Below are positions 30,238 through 40,373 of a stretch of DNA of 64,000 nucleotides, piece by piece. The first letter of the stretch is position 1. The number at the start of each line of letters is the position of its first letter. Source of the stretch: Blastocatellia bacterium (GTDB lineage: Bacteria > Acidobacteriota > Blastocatellia > UBA7656); assembly GCA_963765495.1 (NCBI GenBank), contig CAVXWP010000006.1:1-64000 (forward strand), given 5' to 3'. A program made the translations under genes and the position numbers. The notes beneath the pieces are model-generated. The model made no database searches. It was not told the DNA's origin and saw nothing but the letters and a program-made list of their open reading frames with translations.

Positions 30238-33200
30238 ATGGCTCAAAACAGATTCTTGTTATGCTTGTTGAATGCGCCCTCGCACAGGCGTTTAGCCTTA
30301 TTAGGCGCTATGACCATTCTGCTCGGGATAATTTACCTTCCGGTGTGGAATGCAAAGGCAAACGGCTATTCAGAATCCGGTAAGAAACACAGGCTGTTGC
30401 CCGGTTTTCCTGATAGGCGAGACGTCGATCTCAAGGCAAATCAGGAAGAATCTCCAACTCTTGAACTCGGCAAGGTAATAGAGCGAGCAATATCGAATGG
30501 CGAGGCTCATAGATTTCGTGCGCAGATGGAGGCGGGTCAGTACTTGCGGGTCTTTGTCGAACAGCAAGGCGTTGATCTGGAAGAGAGACTTTTTTCGCCC
30601 GACGATCACCTCATAGCCGAAATGAACGGCCCCTATGATAAACAAGGGGAGGAGTCTGTTTCGCTTGTGGCCGAAGAGTCGGGCCTGTATAAAATCGAAA
30701 TTCGAAAATCGAGAGAAGACGAAAGTGCCGGTCACTACTCGTTGAAGACCGAGGTGTCGCAATCTCCGTCGCAGGCCGATATAAGCCGAATAAACGGAGA
30801 GAGGGCCTTCATGAAAGGGCGAAAGCTGGCCGCTCAGCCCGGAGCCGACAACTGGCTGTCGGCGATCAAACATTTTGAAGATGCCCTGAAACACTGGCGC
30901 ACATCGGAAAGCCGTCAGCTGGAAGCGACAACGCTCTACATCATAGGGGTCACGTATCGGAGGAATTCTAAAAAGCAGGATGCACTTGTTTATCTTAATC
31001 AGGCTCTCTCTCTACAGCGAGCCATCGTCGATAATCGCGGAGCCGCTTACACCCTGAACGCACTGGCATTTACTCAATTCCTTCTGACCAACCCCAAAGC
31101 AGGCCGGGAATATTTGCTGGAAGCGTTGCCGATTTGGAAGGCCGAGAAAGATCAGGAAAACGAGGCCGTCACACTCAACATGATTGGCGGCGCTCATGAT
31201 AACTCGGGCGAGCCTCAGAAAGCACTGGAATACTATAATCAGGCGCTTGAGATACGCCTTAAGCTGGACGATTATGGAGGGCAGGTTTCAACATACACAA
31301 ATATCGGGGTGATTTATGATGAGTTTGGCGATTCACAAAAGGCGCTGGAAAATTACAGCCTCGCCCTTTCAGCCATCCAACGTATTAGCAATCCCGGTAG
31401 GGAGCAAGTTGCAACAAAAGCTAAGACGCTTAACAACATAGGCTATACCTACTTTGCATTGGGTGATTCGGCAAACGCGCTGGAGTTTTTTAAACAGGCT
31501 TTGCTTTTGCAAAGAGAGACGGAAGACAGTCGAGGGGAAGGAATTACACTCTTAAACATCGGCAATGTGTATTCCTCGTCGGGCGATTCGCAGAATGCGT
31601 TGAAATATTACGATAATGCCCTGCAAATCAACAAAAAAACGGATAATCAATGGTCCCTCTTTTATACCTTTACCTATACCGGCAATGCCTATGCGTTGCT
31701 TGGCGATATGCAGAGGGCGTTGGAATATTATAATCGCGCGATGAACATGCGGCAGGGGATGGATGATCGCCAGGGAGAAGCCATCGCGTTCAATAACCTG
31801 GGTAATGCGCTCATTGCGGTTGATCAACCGGATAAGGCGCTTGAAAATCTCGAACAGGCGCTATCGCTCTGGCGCGCTTTGGGGGATCGGCGTGGTGAGG
31901 CAGCGGCACTCTGGGGAATTGCACGCCTTGAGCGCAATCGAGGTAAGTTTGTAGAAGCGCTGGGCAGAATCAGTGGGGCCATAGACATTATAGAATCTCT
32001 CCGCACAAAGGTAACCGATCAGAACCTGCGCGCTTCATACTTTGCTTCGATAAGGGATTACTATGATCTGAAGGTTGATTTGCTTATGCAGTTGGCCCGG
32101 CAACACCCGTCCGAAAATTACAAAGCCCTGGCCATAGAGGTTAGCGAGCGCGCGCGCGCACGAGGCTTGCTCGATTTGTTGACGGAAGCGCACGCCGATA
32201 TACAAAGGGGGATCGCTCCTGACCTGCTCGCGCATGAGCGAGAGTTGCAGCGTCTGCTAAACGCCAAGGCATATCAAATCCAAATGTTCAGTAGCAAGGC
32301 TACGGATGAGCAAAAAGCAGCAGTCAGCAAAGAAATGAATAAGTTGTTGGCGCAGTATCACGAAGTTCAAGCCCAGATTAGAACCACCAGCCCGCGATAT
32401 GCAGCGCTGACTCAGCCCGAACCGCTTACTCTTAAAGAGATTCAACAACAGGTGCTCGACCCCGATACGATGCTTCTGGAATATTCGCTCGGCAATGAGC
32501 GGAGTTATCTTTGGGCGGTCACGCAGGATTCGATTGCAAGTTATGAACTGCCTAAACGGGTGGAGATTGAATCGGTGGCCGAAAAGGTTAAGGAATTGCA
32601 ACATCTGCCCGGCGAACCTACAAGTCAGTATCAGGCGCGAGCGGCGGGGGCAGATTCACAATTCCAAACGCAGGCGGCCCGTCTCTCTCAGATACTGCTT
32701 GGCCCGGCTGCCATGGAACTTGGAAACAAGCGGCTCGTCATCGTGGTCGAGGGCATACTGCAATACATCTCTTTTTCAGCCCTGCCTGTGCCTGCGATAC
32801 AGGAGACAGGGGGCAAAGGCCCGGAGTCGGCAACCATCCGGCCCCTGGCCCCCGGCCCCCGGCCCCCCTTGATCGCCGAGCACGAAGTCATCAGCCTTCC
32901 ATCAGCATCTGCTCTGGCTGTGCTCAGGCGAGAGACATCCGGTCGCGCACCCGCGCTCAGGGCGGTTGCCGTGCTTGCCGACCCGGTGTTTGATAAGAAC
33001 GACCGAAGAGTCAAGTTGGCAGAACAAGAGGAGCTTGCTTATAAGAGAGAAGCCTCGCTGCCACCTGAACTTGGTCGCGCATTGAGAGACTTCGATGTCA
33101 GTCGCGAGGGAGAAAGCTTGCAGCGGTTGTCTTCCTCAAGAGAAGAGGCCGAAAAGATACTGTCGGTCACACCTGCTAAAGAGGGCTTTGAAGCTGTTGA

Positions 33201-33696
33201 TTTCAAAGCCAGCCGCGCAACCGTCGAAAGCACGATCCTGAGCCAGTTCCGCATAATCCATTTCGCCACTCACGGCCTGCTCAACAGCGAGCATCCCGAG
33301 CTGTCGGGCATAGTGCTCTCACTTGTAAACGAAAAGGGAGAGCCGCAAAACGGTTTTCTCCGCCTGCACGACATATATAACCTCAACCTGCCAGCCGAAC
33401 TCGTAGTGTTGAGCGCGTGCCAGACGGGACTTGGCAAGGACATACGCGGCGAAGGGCTTGTGGGGCTCACCCGTGGATTCATGTATGCCGGGGCCGAGCG
33501 CGTCGTGGCAAGTTTGTGGAAAGTAGACGACGTGGCTACATCGCAGTTGATGAAACTGTTTTATCAGGGTATGCTGCGAGAGGGATTACGCCCGGCGGCG
33601 GCGCTCAGAAAGGCGCAGGTAGAGATGCAGAGGCGCAAAAGGTGGGAAGCGCCCTACTATTGGGCAGCCTTCGTGCTGCAGGGCGAGTGGAAGTAA
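30238..33696 (+). CDS. TPR-CHAT caspase-like protease with N-terminal membrane anchor and PPC-like domain
   Basis: multiple TPRs; IHFATHG and LVVLSACQTG catalytic dyad; PYYWAAF. Confidence 0.93.
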   Translation: MAQNRFLLCLLNAPSHRRLALLGAMTILLGIIYLPVWNAKANGYSESGKKHRLLPGFPDRRDVDLKANQEESPTLELGKVIERAISNGEAHRFRAQMEAGQYLRVFVEQQGVDLEERLFSPDDHLIAEMNGPYDKQGEESVSLVAEESGLYKIEIRKSREDESAGHYSLKTEVSQSPSQADISRINGERAFMKGRKLAAQPGADNWLSAIKHFEDALKHWRTSESRQLEATTLYIIGVTYRRNSKKQDALVYLNQALSLQRAIVDNRGAAYTLNALAFTQFLLTNPKAGREYLLEALPIWKAEKDQENEAVTLNMIGGAHDNSGEPQKALEYYNQALEIRLKLDDYGGQVSTYTNIGVIYDEFGDSQKALENYSLALSAIQRISNPGREQVATKAKTLNNIGYTYFALGDSANALEFFKQALLLQRETEDSRGEGITLLNIGNVYSSSGDSQNALKYYDNALQINKKTDNQWSLFYTFTYTGNAYALLGDMQRALEYYNRAMNMRQGMDDRQGEAIAFNNLGNALIAVDQPDKALENLEQALSLWRALGDRRGEAAALWGIARLERNRGKFVEALGRISGAIDIIESLRTKVTDQNLRASYFASIRDYYDLKVDLLMQLARQHPSENYKALAIEVSERARARGLLDLLTEAHADIQRGIAPDLLAHERELQRLLNAKAYQIQMFSSKATDEQKAAVSKEMNKLLAQYHEVQAQIRTTSPRYAALTQPEPLTLKEIQQQVLDPDTMLLEYSLGNERSYLWAVTQDSIASYELPKRVEIESVAEKVKELQHLPGEPTSQYQARAAGADSQFQTQAARLSQILLGPAAMELGNKRLVIVVEGILQYISFSALPVPAIQETGGKGPESATIRPLAPGPRPPLIAEHEVISLPSASALAVLRRETSGRAPALRAVAVLADPVFDKNDRRVKLAEQEELAYKREASLPPELGRALRDFDVSREGESLQRLSSSREEAEKILSVTPAKEGFEAVDFKASRATVESTILSQFRIIHFATHGLLNSEHPELSGIVLSLVNEKGEPQNGFLRLHDIYNLNLPAELVVLSACQTGLGKDIRGEGLVGLTRGFMYAGAERVVASLWKVDDVATSQLMKLFYQGMLREGLRPAAALRKAQVEMQRRKRWEAPYYWAAFVLQGEWK

Positions 33697-33715
33697 AAGG
33701 AATGATTCCTGGCAG

Positions 33716-34360
33716 TTGAGCTTAAAGCCGTCATCATCGGAGCTTCTATTCAAAACAAGCATTAGGAGCAGCAAGAACTTGGACTCCTTGTCTTCCCGAA
33801 AGAGACAGTGGTTCCTCACCCAAGAGGCTTTCAATAACTTGCTTGCCCGCCTTGACGTTGATCGGGAGCGGGCGGGCGAGATATATGAGCTTATTCGGCG
33901 CAAGCTTGTAAAATTCTTTGAATGGCGTGGATGCCACCTTCCCGAAGACCTGGTAGATGAAACTATCAATCGCGTAACCCGTCGCCTCGAAGAAGGCGAA
34001 AACCTGCATGATCTGCAAAACTATTTTTACGGTGTGGCCCGCCTGGTCTTTTTAGAGAAACTGAAGGAGCAAAAGAAAGTCGAGCGAGCGCTCAATCAAC
34101 AACCGCCGCCTCTTATTGCTCCCGATGACGACAATCGGGGTGATTTGCGGCTCGCCTGCTTTGAGGCATGTTTGCAGAAGCTCCCAACCGAGCACCGCGA
34201 TCTTATAATCAAGTACTATCAACAGGAAAAACGCGCAAAAATAGATAACCGCAGGGCTCTGGCCGATAAGATGGGCGTGCCACTCAACACGCTGCGTGTC
34301 AGAACTCACCGTATCAGAGAGAACCTCGAGAAATGTGTTAATAATTGCATAAGCCGATGA
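33716..34360 (+). CDS. ECF sigma-70 factor
   Basis: EDLVDET region 2; CLQKLP...LIIKYY...LADKMGVPLNTLRVRTHRIR region 4; start uncertain. Confidence 0.85.
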   Translation: MSLKPSSSELLFKTSIRSSKNLDSLSSRKRQWFLTQEAFNNLLARLDVDRERAGEIYELIRRKLVKFFEWRGCHLPEDLVDETINRVTRRLEEGENLHDLQNYFYGVARLVFLEKLKEQKKVERALNQQPPPLIAPDDDNRGDLRLACFEACLQKLPTEHRDLIIKYYQQEKRAKIDNRRALADKMGVPLNTLRVRTHRIRENLEKCVNNCISR

Positions 34361-34385
34361 CGTAGAGCGAAACGAATTCAATATA

Positions 34386-35408
34386 TTGTCACATGTAAGT
34401 AACAGGAGAGTGGTTGAAATATTGGCGGAAGATGCGCAAAAACGATATATGATGACTCGTCATCTGCTCGGTGACCTGAGCGAAGAGGAGCAGGTCATGC
34501 TCGAAGAAGACTTTTTCGCAAACGATGAACTGTTTGAAGAGTTTCTGATTGCAGAAGAAGATCTGATTGACGATTACGTGCGCGGGAATCTTTCAGAAGA
34601 CGACCGCGAGCTATTCGAGAAAAAGTTCCTGGCCTCTCAAGAGCGACGCGACAGGGTCGAGTTTGCAAGGCTGCTGGTGACGCCTCAAAAGCAGACGCCA
34701 AAAAAAACAACTCCCGCGCCCGCCCGCCCGGAGTCACGTTCCCGGAACTGGTTCTGGTCGGCCTTGTGGCCCGCTCAAAATCGGGGTCTGGGCCTGGCAC
34801 TGGCGGCGATTGTTCTGGCTTTAGCCGTTGGCGGAGTGTGGATGATATTCGAGACTGCGCGGTTGCGAAATCTAATCAGCCAGGAGCGCGCCCACCAGAC
34901 CGAGCAACAGCAAGAGTTCGAACAGCAGCGCCAGCAGCAGCGCGAGCGAAACGAGCAGTTGAGCGCCGCCCTTGAGCGTGAACGCAATGAGCGCAGTCGG
35001 CTCGAACAGGAATTAGCCCGATTGCAATCCACCAATCCGACTATCGGGGGGCCGCCTAGCGGTTCCGACATATATCCGGCTTTGCTGACAAACAGGCTGG
35101 TAAGAGGTGAAAGCAATGCTCAGAAACTGATCATACCGGCGGGGACCAAACAGGTCCGGCTGAGTGTCAACCTTGAGCCGGATGATTATAAGAGCTATCA
35201 GGCGGTGCTTCAGACCGCCGAAGGCGATGAGATCAGAAAACTGGACAATCTCAAGGCGCGACAGAGCGCCGGAAACAAAGTGCTTTCCCTCACGTTACCC
35301 GCCAACCTTCTGGCAGATGGAACATACAATCTGACTCTGCGCGGCGTCACCGCCGATGGAGAGTCAGAACCCCTAGCATCTTATCTTTTCGCGGTCTCGA
35401 AAAAATGA
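34386..35408 (+). CDS. putative membrane anti-sigma factor
   Basis: HLLGDLSEEE/DYVRGNLSEDD anti-sigma-like N terminus, one TM helix, coiled coil, beta-rich C-terminal domain. Confidence 0.7.
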   Translation: MSHVSNRRVVEILAEDAQKRYMMTRHLLGDLSEEEQVMLEEDFFANDELFEEFLIAEEDLIDDYVRGNLSEDDRELFEKKFLASQERRDRVEFARLLVTPQKQTPKKTTPAPARPESRSRNWFWSALWPAQNRGLGLALAAIVLALAVGGVWMIFETARLRNLISQERAHQTEQQQEFEQQRQQQRERNEQLSAALERERNERSRLEQELARLQSTNPTIGGPPSGSDIYPALLTNRLVRGESNAQKLIIPAGTKQVRLSVNLEPDDYKSYQAVLQTAEGDEIRKLDNLKARQSAGNKVLSLTLPANLLADGTYNLTLRGVTADGESEPLASYLFAVSKK

Positions 35409-35430
35409 TCCCTTAAAGCGGATTGCGACT

Positions 35431-35651
35431 CAGGGCCATTCAGTTTTTGAGTAGCGGACAACAGACGGAAGAAATGTTAAAAGTTGTATTCAAGCAAAGG
35501 CGAGTTGAAATAGGCCGGGACGGACGCGGATGCGGCGGATTTTCGCGGATCTGATCCAATTAGGTTTAATCCGCGTAAATCCGCCGCATCCGCGTCCGTC
35601 CCGGCCTATTCCCAGTTTCCTTATCTACACTTTGAAAACTGAATGGCCCTG
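35431..35651. mobile_element. MITE, 221 bp, 17-bp TIRs, 9-bp TSD
   Basis: CAGGGCCATTCAGTTTT/AAAACTGAATGGCCCTG; ATTGCGACT at 35422-35430 and 35652-35660. Confidence 0.88.
35509..35610. repeat. REP-like palindrome inside the MITE
   Basis: 34-bp perfect inverted repeat; related sequences at 21517-21547 and 52628-52716. Confidence 0.85.
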
Positions 35652-35735
35652 ATTGCGACTGGTGACCAAAAAAGAAACCACGAAATACGCGGACAATTTC
35701 GTGTATTTCGTGGTTATATTTCTGTGCAATTTGCT

Positions 35736-37478
35736 CTATTTTTTCTCTTTCGGACCCAGGGCAAAAGACGGATCGCGGAAGACCTCTTTTCCTTCAAGCA
35801 ATGTGAGAAGGACTCGCGCCTCGTGAATCCGGTGCGCGGCAGTCTCGAAAAGATTGCGATCAACGACTATCAAATCCGCGGCTTTGCCTGTTTCGATAGA
35901 GCCTGTCCTGTTCTCATCAAAAGCCAGATACGCGCCGTTGATTGTGTAGCTCGCAAGTATTGTGGGCAAATCCACGACCTCTTCGGGAATCCAGGCGGGG
36001 CCGGGTCCTTCCTCAAGCCCGCGACGAGTGAGGGCCACTTGAATGGCATCGAGCGGATTCATCGACGACACGGACCAATCGCTTCCCGCTGCTATGATCG
36101 CGCCGGTCTTTGCAAGGCTTTCAATAGGGTAGAGCCAGCGCGAACGCGCAGGCCCGAGCACAGGCTCGGTCAACTTTGTGATGTAAGTATCGGCGTAGGC
36201 CCACAACGGTTGAAAGTTGGCAATTACGCCCAGGCGACGGAAGCGCGGCAAATCCTCGGGGTCGATAAGCTCCAGATGCGCTATGTGATGACGGCTTTCG
36301 CGGGTGCCGTTTATCCGGCGAGCCTGCTCGAAGGCGTCGAGAGCCATTCTGATTGCGCGGTCGCCTATGGCGTGAACGTGAATCTGAAACCCTTCGCCGT
36401 CAAGCGCCACGACCAGCCGGTTGAATGTTTCCGGTTCCAGATTGGCTTTGCCCCGTTCTGTGCCCCCTCCCAGATAGGGCTCAAGCAAGGCCGCCGTGTG
36501 CGCCTCTATCACACCATCTGCAAAAATCTTGACCGCAGAGGCGCGCAGATTGTGCCCCTGATACTTTTTGCGCAATCCCAGGAGGTGAGGAATCTGCTCA
36601 AGCCCTTTTGCCGGGTCTACGTGGATTGCCGCCACAACGCGAGCAGACAACTCGCCGCGCCGATCAAGTTCGGCGTAGGCTTTCAGTATATTCTCGTCAT
36701 CGGCATTAGCCTCCTGCAACGCGGTGATGCCGAAACGATTCGCCATTTCAAGCGCTCGCCTCAGACCCTCGATGTAGTCTTCCAGTTTGTAAGCGGGCAG
36801 ATGCGAGGCCACGAGGCTCATGGCGGATTCTCGAAGCGTGCCGGAAGGCTCGCCCGTTTTCGGATCGCGCTCGATGCGTCCGTTTGGCGGGTCAGGCGTG
36901 TCTCTGGTTATCCCTGCCGCCTCAAGCGCCCGCGAATTAACCCACGCCGAGTGACCGTCTGCGGCAGAGAGAAAAACGGGGCGGTCGGGGACGATTTTAT
37001 CAAGCAGCGACTTGTGCGGATTGCCGTCAGAAAAGACGGGCAGTTCCCAGCCGCTGCCTCGAATCCACGGCTTTTGAGGGTTTTGCTCACTGTACCGGCG
37101 TATGGCTTCAAGCACCTGCTCTTCGGTCGTAAGACCTTCGCCGAGATAACACTCGCTCAAATCGATGCCGCTCGTCACCGGATGCACATGCGAATCGTGG
37201 AAGCCGGGCAGCACCATCTTGCCCTGCAAATCTATAACGCGAGTCGAGGGGCCTATCCACCTGGACGCGCCGCTGTCGGTCCCCACATAAACTATCTGCC
37301 CGCCTGTTATGGCTACGGCTTCGGCCCACGAACGCACGGACGAGAGCGTATAAACAGCGCCGCCTCGCAGAACGAGTTCGGCCTGCACGGGCCGGGTTTG
37401 CGGTCGCGGCGAAAAGTTGAGCGATAAGCAGGCAAGCGCTACAACGACCAGCCGCCGCCAGTACTGGATTGTTGGCAT
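35736..37478 (-). CDS. amidohydrolase 3 family (YtcJ-like)
   Basis: PGFHDSHVH, HVHAIGD, IAHLE, GSDW, GSIETGKAADL. Confidence 0.92.
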   Translation of the reverse strand: MPTIQYWRRLVVVALACLSLNFSPRPQTRPVQAELVLRGGAVYTLSSVRSWAEAVAITGGQIVYVGTDSGASRWIGPSTRVIDLQGKMVLPGFHDSHVHPVTSGIDLSECYLGEGLTTEEQVLEAIRRYSEQNPQKPWIRGSGWELPVFSDGNPHKSLLDKIVPDRPVFLSAADGHSAWVNSRALEAAGITRDTPDPPNGRIERDPKTGEPSGTLRESAMSLVASHLPAYKLEDYIEGLRRALEMANRFGITALQEANADDENILKAYAELDRRGELSARVVAAIHVDPAKGLEQIPHLLGLRKKYQGHNLRASAVKIFADGVIEAHTAALLEPYLGGGTERGKANLEPETFNRLVVALDGEGFQIHVHAIGDRAIRMALDAFEQARRINGTRESRHHIAHLELIDPEDLPRFRRLGVIANFQPLWAYADTYITKLTEPVLGPARSRWLYPIESLAKTGAIIAAGSDWSVSSMNPLDAIQVALTRRGLEEGPGPAWIPEEVVDLPTILASYTINGAYLAFDENRTGSIETGKAADLIVVDRNLFETAAHRIHEARVLLTLLEGKEVFRDPSFALGPKEKK

Positions 37479-37510
37479 AAGGCTCCTCTTTGAGAGGGAA
37501 TCGGATTTCA

Positions 37511-37593
37511 GACAGGGATTTACAGGATTAGATAGGATTCTACAAGATTTATTTTTAATCTTGCCTAATCCTTATAAATCCTGTTGATCCTGT
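37511..37593. repeat. ACAGGATT-type palindromic intergenic repeat
   Basis: ACAGGATT units mirrored by AATCCTGT; related to 62591-62642. Confidence 0.7.
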
Positions 37594-37607
37594 ATTCTCT
37601 TCACGCG

Positions 37608-38981
37608 TCAGCCATTACTCGCGCCGGTTCGCTTATCGTTTATGCCCAGAGCTTTCATGCGGCGGTAGAGATGAGAGCGGTCTATGCCCATAGCTTCCGC
37701 TGTGCGAGTGATGTTGCCGTCACATTCGCCGAGCTTGCGTATGATGTAGTTTCGCTCGTAGGCGTCGCGCCCGTCGCGATAGGAAGCAAAGTTGTAGCGG
37801 GAAGGAGCAGCCGCGCATTCCGATGAACCCTGCGGAGGCAGATCATCGGCCGCGATAAGTTCTTTCGTGTTCATGATGACCACCCGCTCGACGGTGTTTT
37901 TAAGCTCGCGGACATTGCCCGGCCAATTATAATCGGCCAGGCGTTCGAGCGCGTCATCGGTAAAGACCTTTGCCGCGCGCTTGTAGCTGATAGAAAATTT
38001 GCGATTGAAATGATCAACCAGCGAGGGTATGTCTTCGCTGCGCTCGCGCAGGGAAGGTACTTCGAAAGGGATGACGTTGAGGCGATAAAAGAGGTCGGCT
38101 CGAAAGGTGCCTCGCTCGATCTCTTCGTCAAGTCGTTTGTTGGTTGCGGCTATAATCCTGACATCAACCTTGATCGAAGTGTTCGACCCGACGGCTTCGA
38201 AACGCTGCTCTTCGAGTACGCGAAGCACCTTGGCCTGTACCTTGAGGCTCATATCGCCCACTTCATCAAGCAGCAGGGTTCCGCCGTCGCTCTGCTCAAA
38301 CTTGCCGCGCTTGGCCTGCGTGGCTCCGGTAAACGCGCCCTTGGTGTGGCCAAAGAGTTCGGATTCAATAAGCTCTTCGGGGATGGCGGCGCAGTTAAGC
38401 TCGACAAAAGACATGGAGGCGCGCTGCGATTCGCGGTGAATGGCGCGGGCCACAAGCTCCTTTCCTGTGCCCGATTCGCCGTAGATGAGAATGCGACCGC
38501 CGGTCGGCGCTGCGATGGCGATCTGCTGACGAAGCGCACGCATAGGCACGCTTTCGCCTATCATCACATAATCGTCTTCGACCTGTTCTCGGAGTCGTCG
38601 ATTATCGGCTTCAAGCTGTCGCTGTCGCAGGGCATTGCGAATAGCGAGAACCGTGCGCTCTATCTGAAACGGTTTTTCTATAAAATCGAGCGCGCCGAGT
38701 CGCGTAGCCCGCACCGCCGTTTCGATGTTGCCGTGACCGCTGATCATAATCACGGCCGTCTCAGGATAGCTCTTTTTGAGCCGTTCGAGAGTCTCTATGC
38801 CATCCATTCCCGGCAGCCACACATCAAGCAAGACGCAACCAAAGATGCGGCGCTCGAAAAGCGCCAGGCAGGCTTCGCCCGAATCGGCAGTCTCGACTGC
38901 CAGCCCTTCGTCTTCAAGCACTCCGGCCAGCGCCTGCCTTATTCCTTCTTCATCGTCTACGACAAGAACCGAGTTGGGCAT
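37608..38981 (-). CDS. sigma54-dependent response regulator (NtrX/NtrC-like)
   Basis: REC domain (VVDDE, LLDVWLP), GESGTGKE, GAFTGA, WPGNVREL, Fis HTH. Confidence 0.93.
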   Translation of the reverse strand: MPNSVLVVDDEEGIRQALAGVLEDEGLAVETADSGEACLALFERRIFGCVLLDVWLPGMDGIETLERLKKSYPETAVIMISGHGNIETAVRATRLGALDFIEKPFQIERTVLAIRNALRQRQLEADNRRLREQVEDDYVMIGESVPMRALRQQIAIAAPTGGRILIYGESGTGKELVARAIHRESQRASMSFVELNCAAIPEELIESELFGHTKGAFTGATQAKRGKFEQSDGGTLLLDEVGDMSLKVQAKVLRVLEEQRFEAVGSNTSIKVDVRIIAATNKRLDEEIERGTFRADLFYRLNVIPFEVPSLRERSEDIPSLVDHFNRKFSISYKRAAKVFTDDALERLADYNWPGNVRELKNTVERVVIMNTKELIAADDLPPQGSSECAAAPSRYNFASYRDGRDAYERNYIIRKLGECDGNITRTAEAMGIDRSHLYRRMKALGINDKRTGASNG

Positions 38982-39006
38982 AGGTATTTGGATTTGAGAT
39001 TTGAAT

Positions 39007-39087
39007 AAGTTTTGAATTATGAGTTTTGAGTTTTGAATTAAAATCAGATATCGGCATTCAAAACTCAAAACTCATAATTCAAAACTT
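39007..39087. repeat. 32-bp perfect inverted repeat built of heptamers
   Basis: AAGTTTTGAATTATGAGTTTTGAGTTTTGAAT and its reverse complement. Confidence 0.9.
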
Positions 39088-39091
39088 AAAA

Positions 39092-40315
39092 CTAATCACG
39101 TTTGGGCGGCAGCCCGAGAATAACCTTTTCAAACGTGTCGAGATCGAGCCGCAGCATGTCGCCTGCGTCTGAGAAAATCTCTCGCTGTCGCTTGCGCCGC
39201 TTCAGGAAAATCGTTGTGCCGAACAGTGCGCCTCCGACCAGCGCGGTCGTCATAACAAGTCCGATTAAGGAGAAGGTCGAAAGCAACATCTCGGCGGCCT
39301 TCTCTGCCTGGAAAGGGTCATTCGTGGGCAACAGTGGGTTTCGCAGCCACTTCACTCCGTAAGGATACTCGATTGAATCCACCAGCCGGGCGGCCACCTC
39401 GCGGTCCTGAAAACCGGTCGCCTCGACTATATAATTACCCTGGCGTTTTAAAACTATGCCGTTGCGCTCGTCATCGGATACCGTATCGAGATAGGCACTC
39501 GCCTGTTTCATCGCATCGGTAGCAAACTGCGGCGTGTTGTACTCGATGATGACGATTTTCATCGGCGGCGCGCTCGCGCCTTCGACCGGAGCCTGAGCAT
39601 AGTAGGCCATTGCCGCTTCGGCCTTGCCGGCAAAAGGAAACATATCGCGGCTGTGTTCGACGAACTGACCGAGAGCATCAGGGCCGAGGAAGTATCGCTC
39701 GCTTGAAGCAACCATCGATTCATCGGGGAGGCTCTCCATCACAAGAGGGCGTCTGTCATCGTGACGAGCCGCAACTATATTATTTGCAATCGCGGAGGCC
39801 AGCTTCTTATAAGTGGCCGTTGCCCCCTTTTGCCCGCCTGCCGAAATCACCCGCACGAAATAGATGTCTTTCCAGAAAACAATCGCGCCCGGCAACACGG
39901 CACCACCCGCTCCGATGTTTTCTGGCTCGGGGATAGCGGCAGCCGCGCCGGAGTTGTAGGTAAACAGACCGAAGGCCGCAAATGGAGTCTCGGTCTGAAA
40001 TATATCTACACGCGCGCCTCCGTACTGCCGCGAGGCGGCTTGCGTAACCAGATATTCTTGAAAAATACCTGTTTGTTCCCCTGTCAGCGCCGCAAGCTTT
40101 CCGGTTCCGTACTGACTGATTTCCGTTGTCGCCTTCGCGCCTGCGAGTCTATCGAGCAATAGATCCGCTGTGGAGCGTGTGTGTGCGACCGGGGCCACAT
40201 CGGATACGATTACCGGCTTGTCGTTTGAAGGTTGCTCGCCGCCGCGAGCGCCGCTTGCGGCGGCGAGCAATAATAAAAACGCAGCAAAAATTGAGACTCT
40301 CTTTCGATACTTCAT
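39092..40315 (-). CDS. exported, C-terminally anchored hypothetical protein (DUF6599-like)
   Basis: signal peptide, AAFGLFT, FWKDIYFVRV, C-terminal TM helix. Confidence 0.65.
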   Translation of the reverse strand: MKYRKRVSIFAAFLLLLAAASGARGGEQPSNDKPVIVSDVAPVAHTRSTADLLLDRLAGAKATTEISQYGTGKLAALTGEQTGIFQEYLVTQAASRQYGGARVDIFQTETPFAAFGLFTYNSGAAAAIPEPENIGAGGAVLPGAIVFWKDIYFVRVISAGGQKGATATYKKLASAIANNIVAARHDDRRPLVMESLPDESMVASSERYFLGPDALGQFVEHSRDMFPFAGKAEAAMAYYAQAPVEGASAPPMKIVIIEYNTPQFATDAMKQASAYLDTVSDDERNGIVLKRQGNYIVEATGFQDREVAARLVDSIEYPYGVKWLRNPLLPTNDPFQAEKAAEMLLSTFSLIGLVMTTALVGGALFGTTIFLKRRKRQREIFSDAGDMLRLDLDTFEKVILGLPPKRD

Positions 40316-40373
40316 CTGGTTCTTCCCTGAATCATATTTTACAACATAAAAATTAGACCCCGCCCGGCCCGAT

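Noticed and set aside
35643-37427. 594-aa plus-strand ORF
   Set aside because: Antisense shadow of the amidohydrolase; no motifs, and it starts inside the MITE TIR.
38010-39008. 332-aa plus-strand ORF
   Set aside because: Antisense shadow of the sigma54 response regulator.
38982-39068. N-terminal extension of the NtrX-like ORF (IQNSKLIIQN)
   Set aside because: Translation of the intergenic heptamer palindrome; the REC domain begins at 38981.
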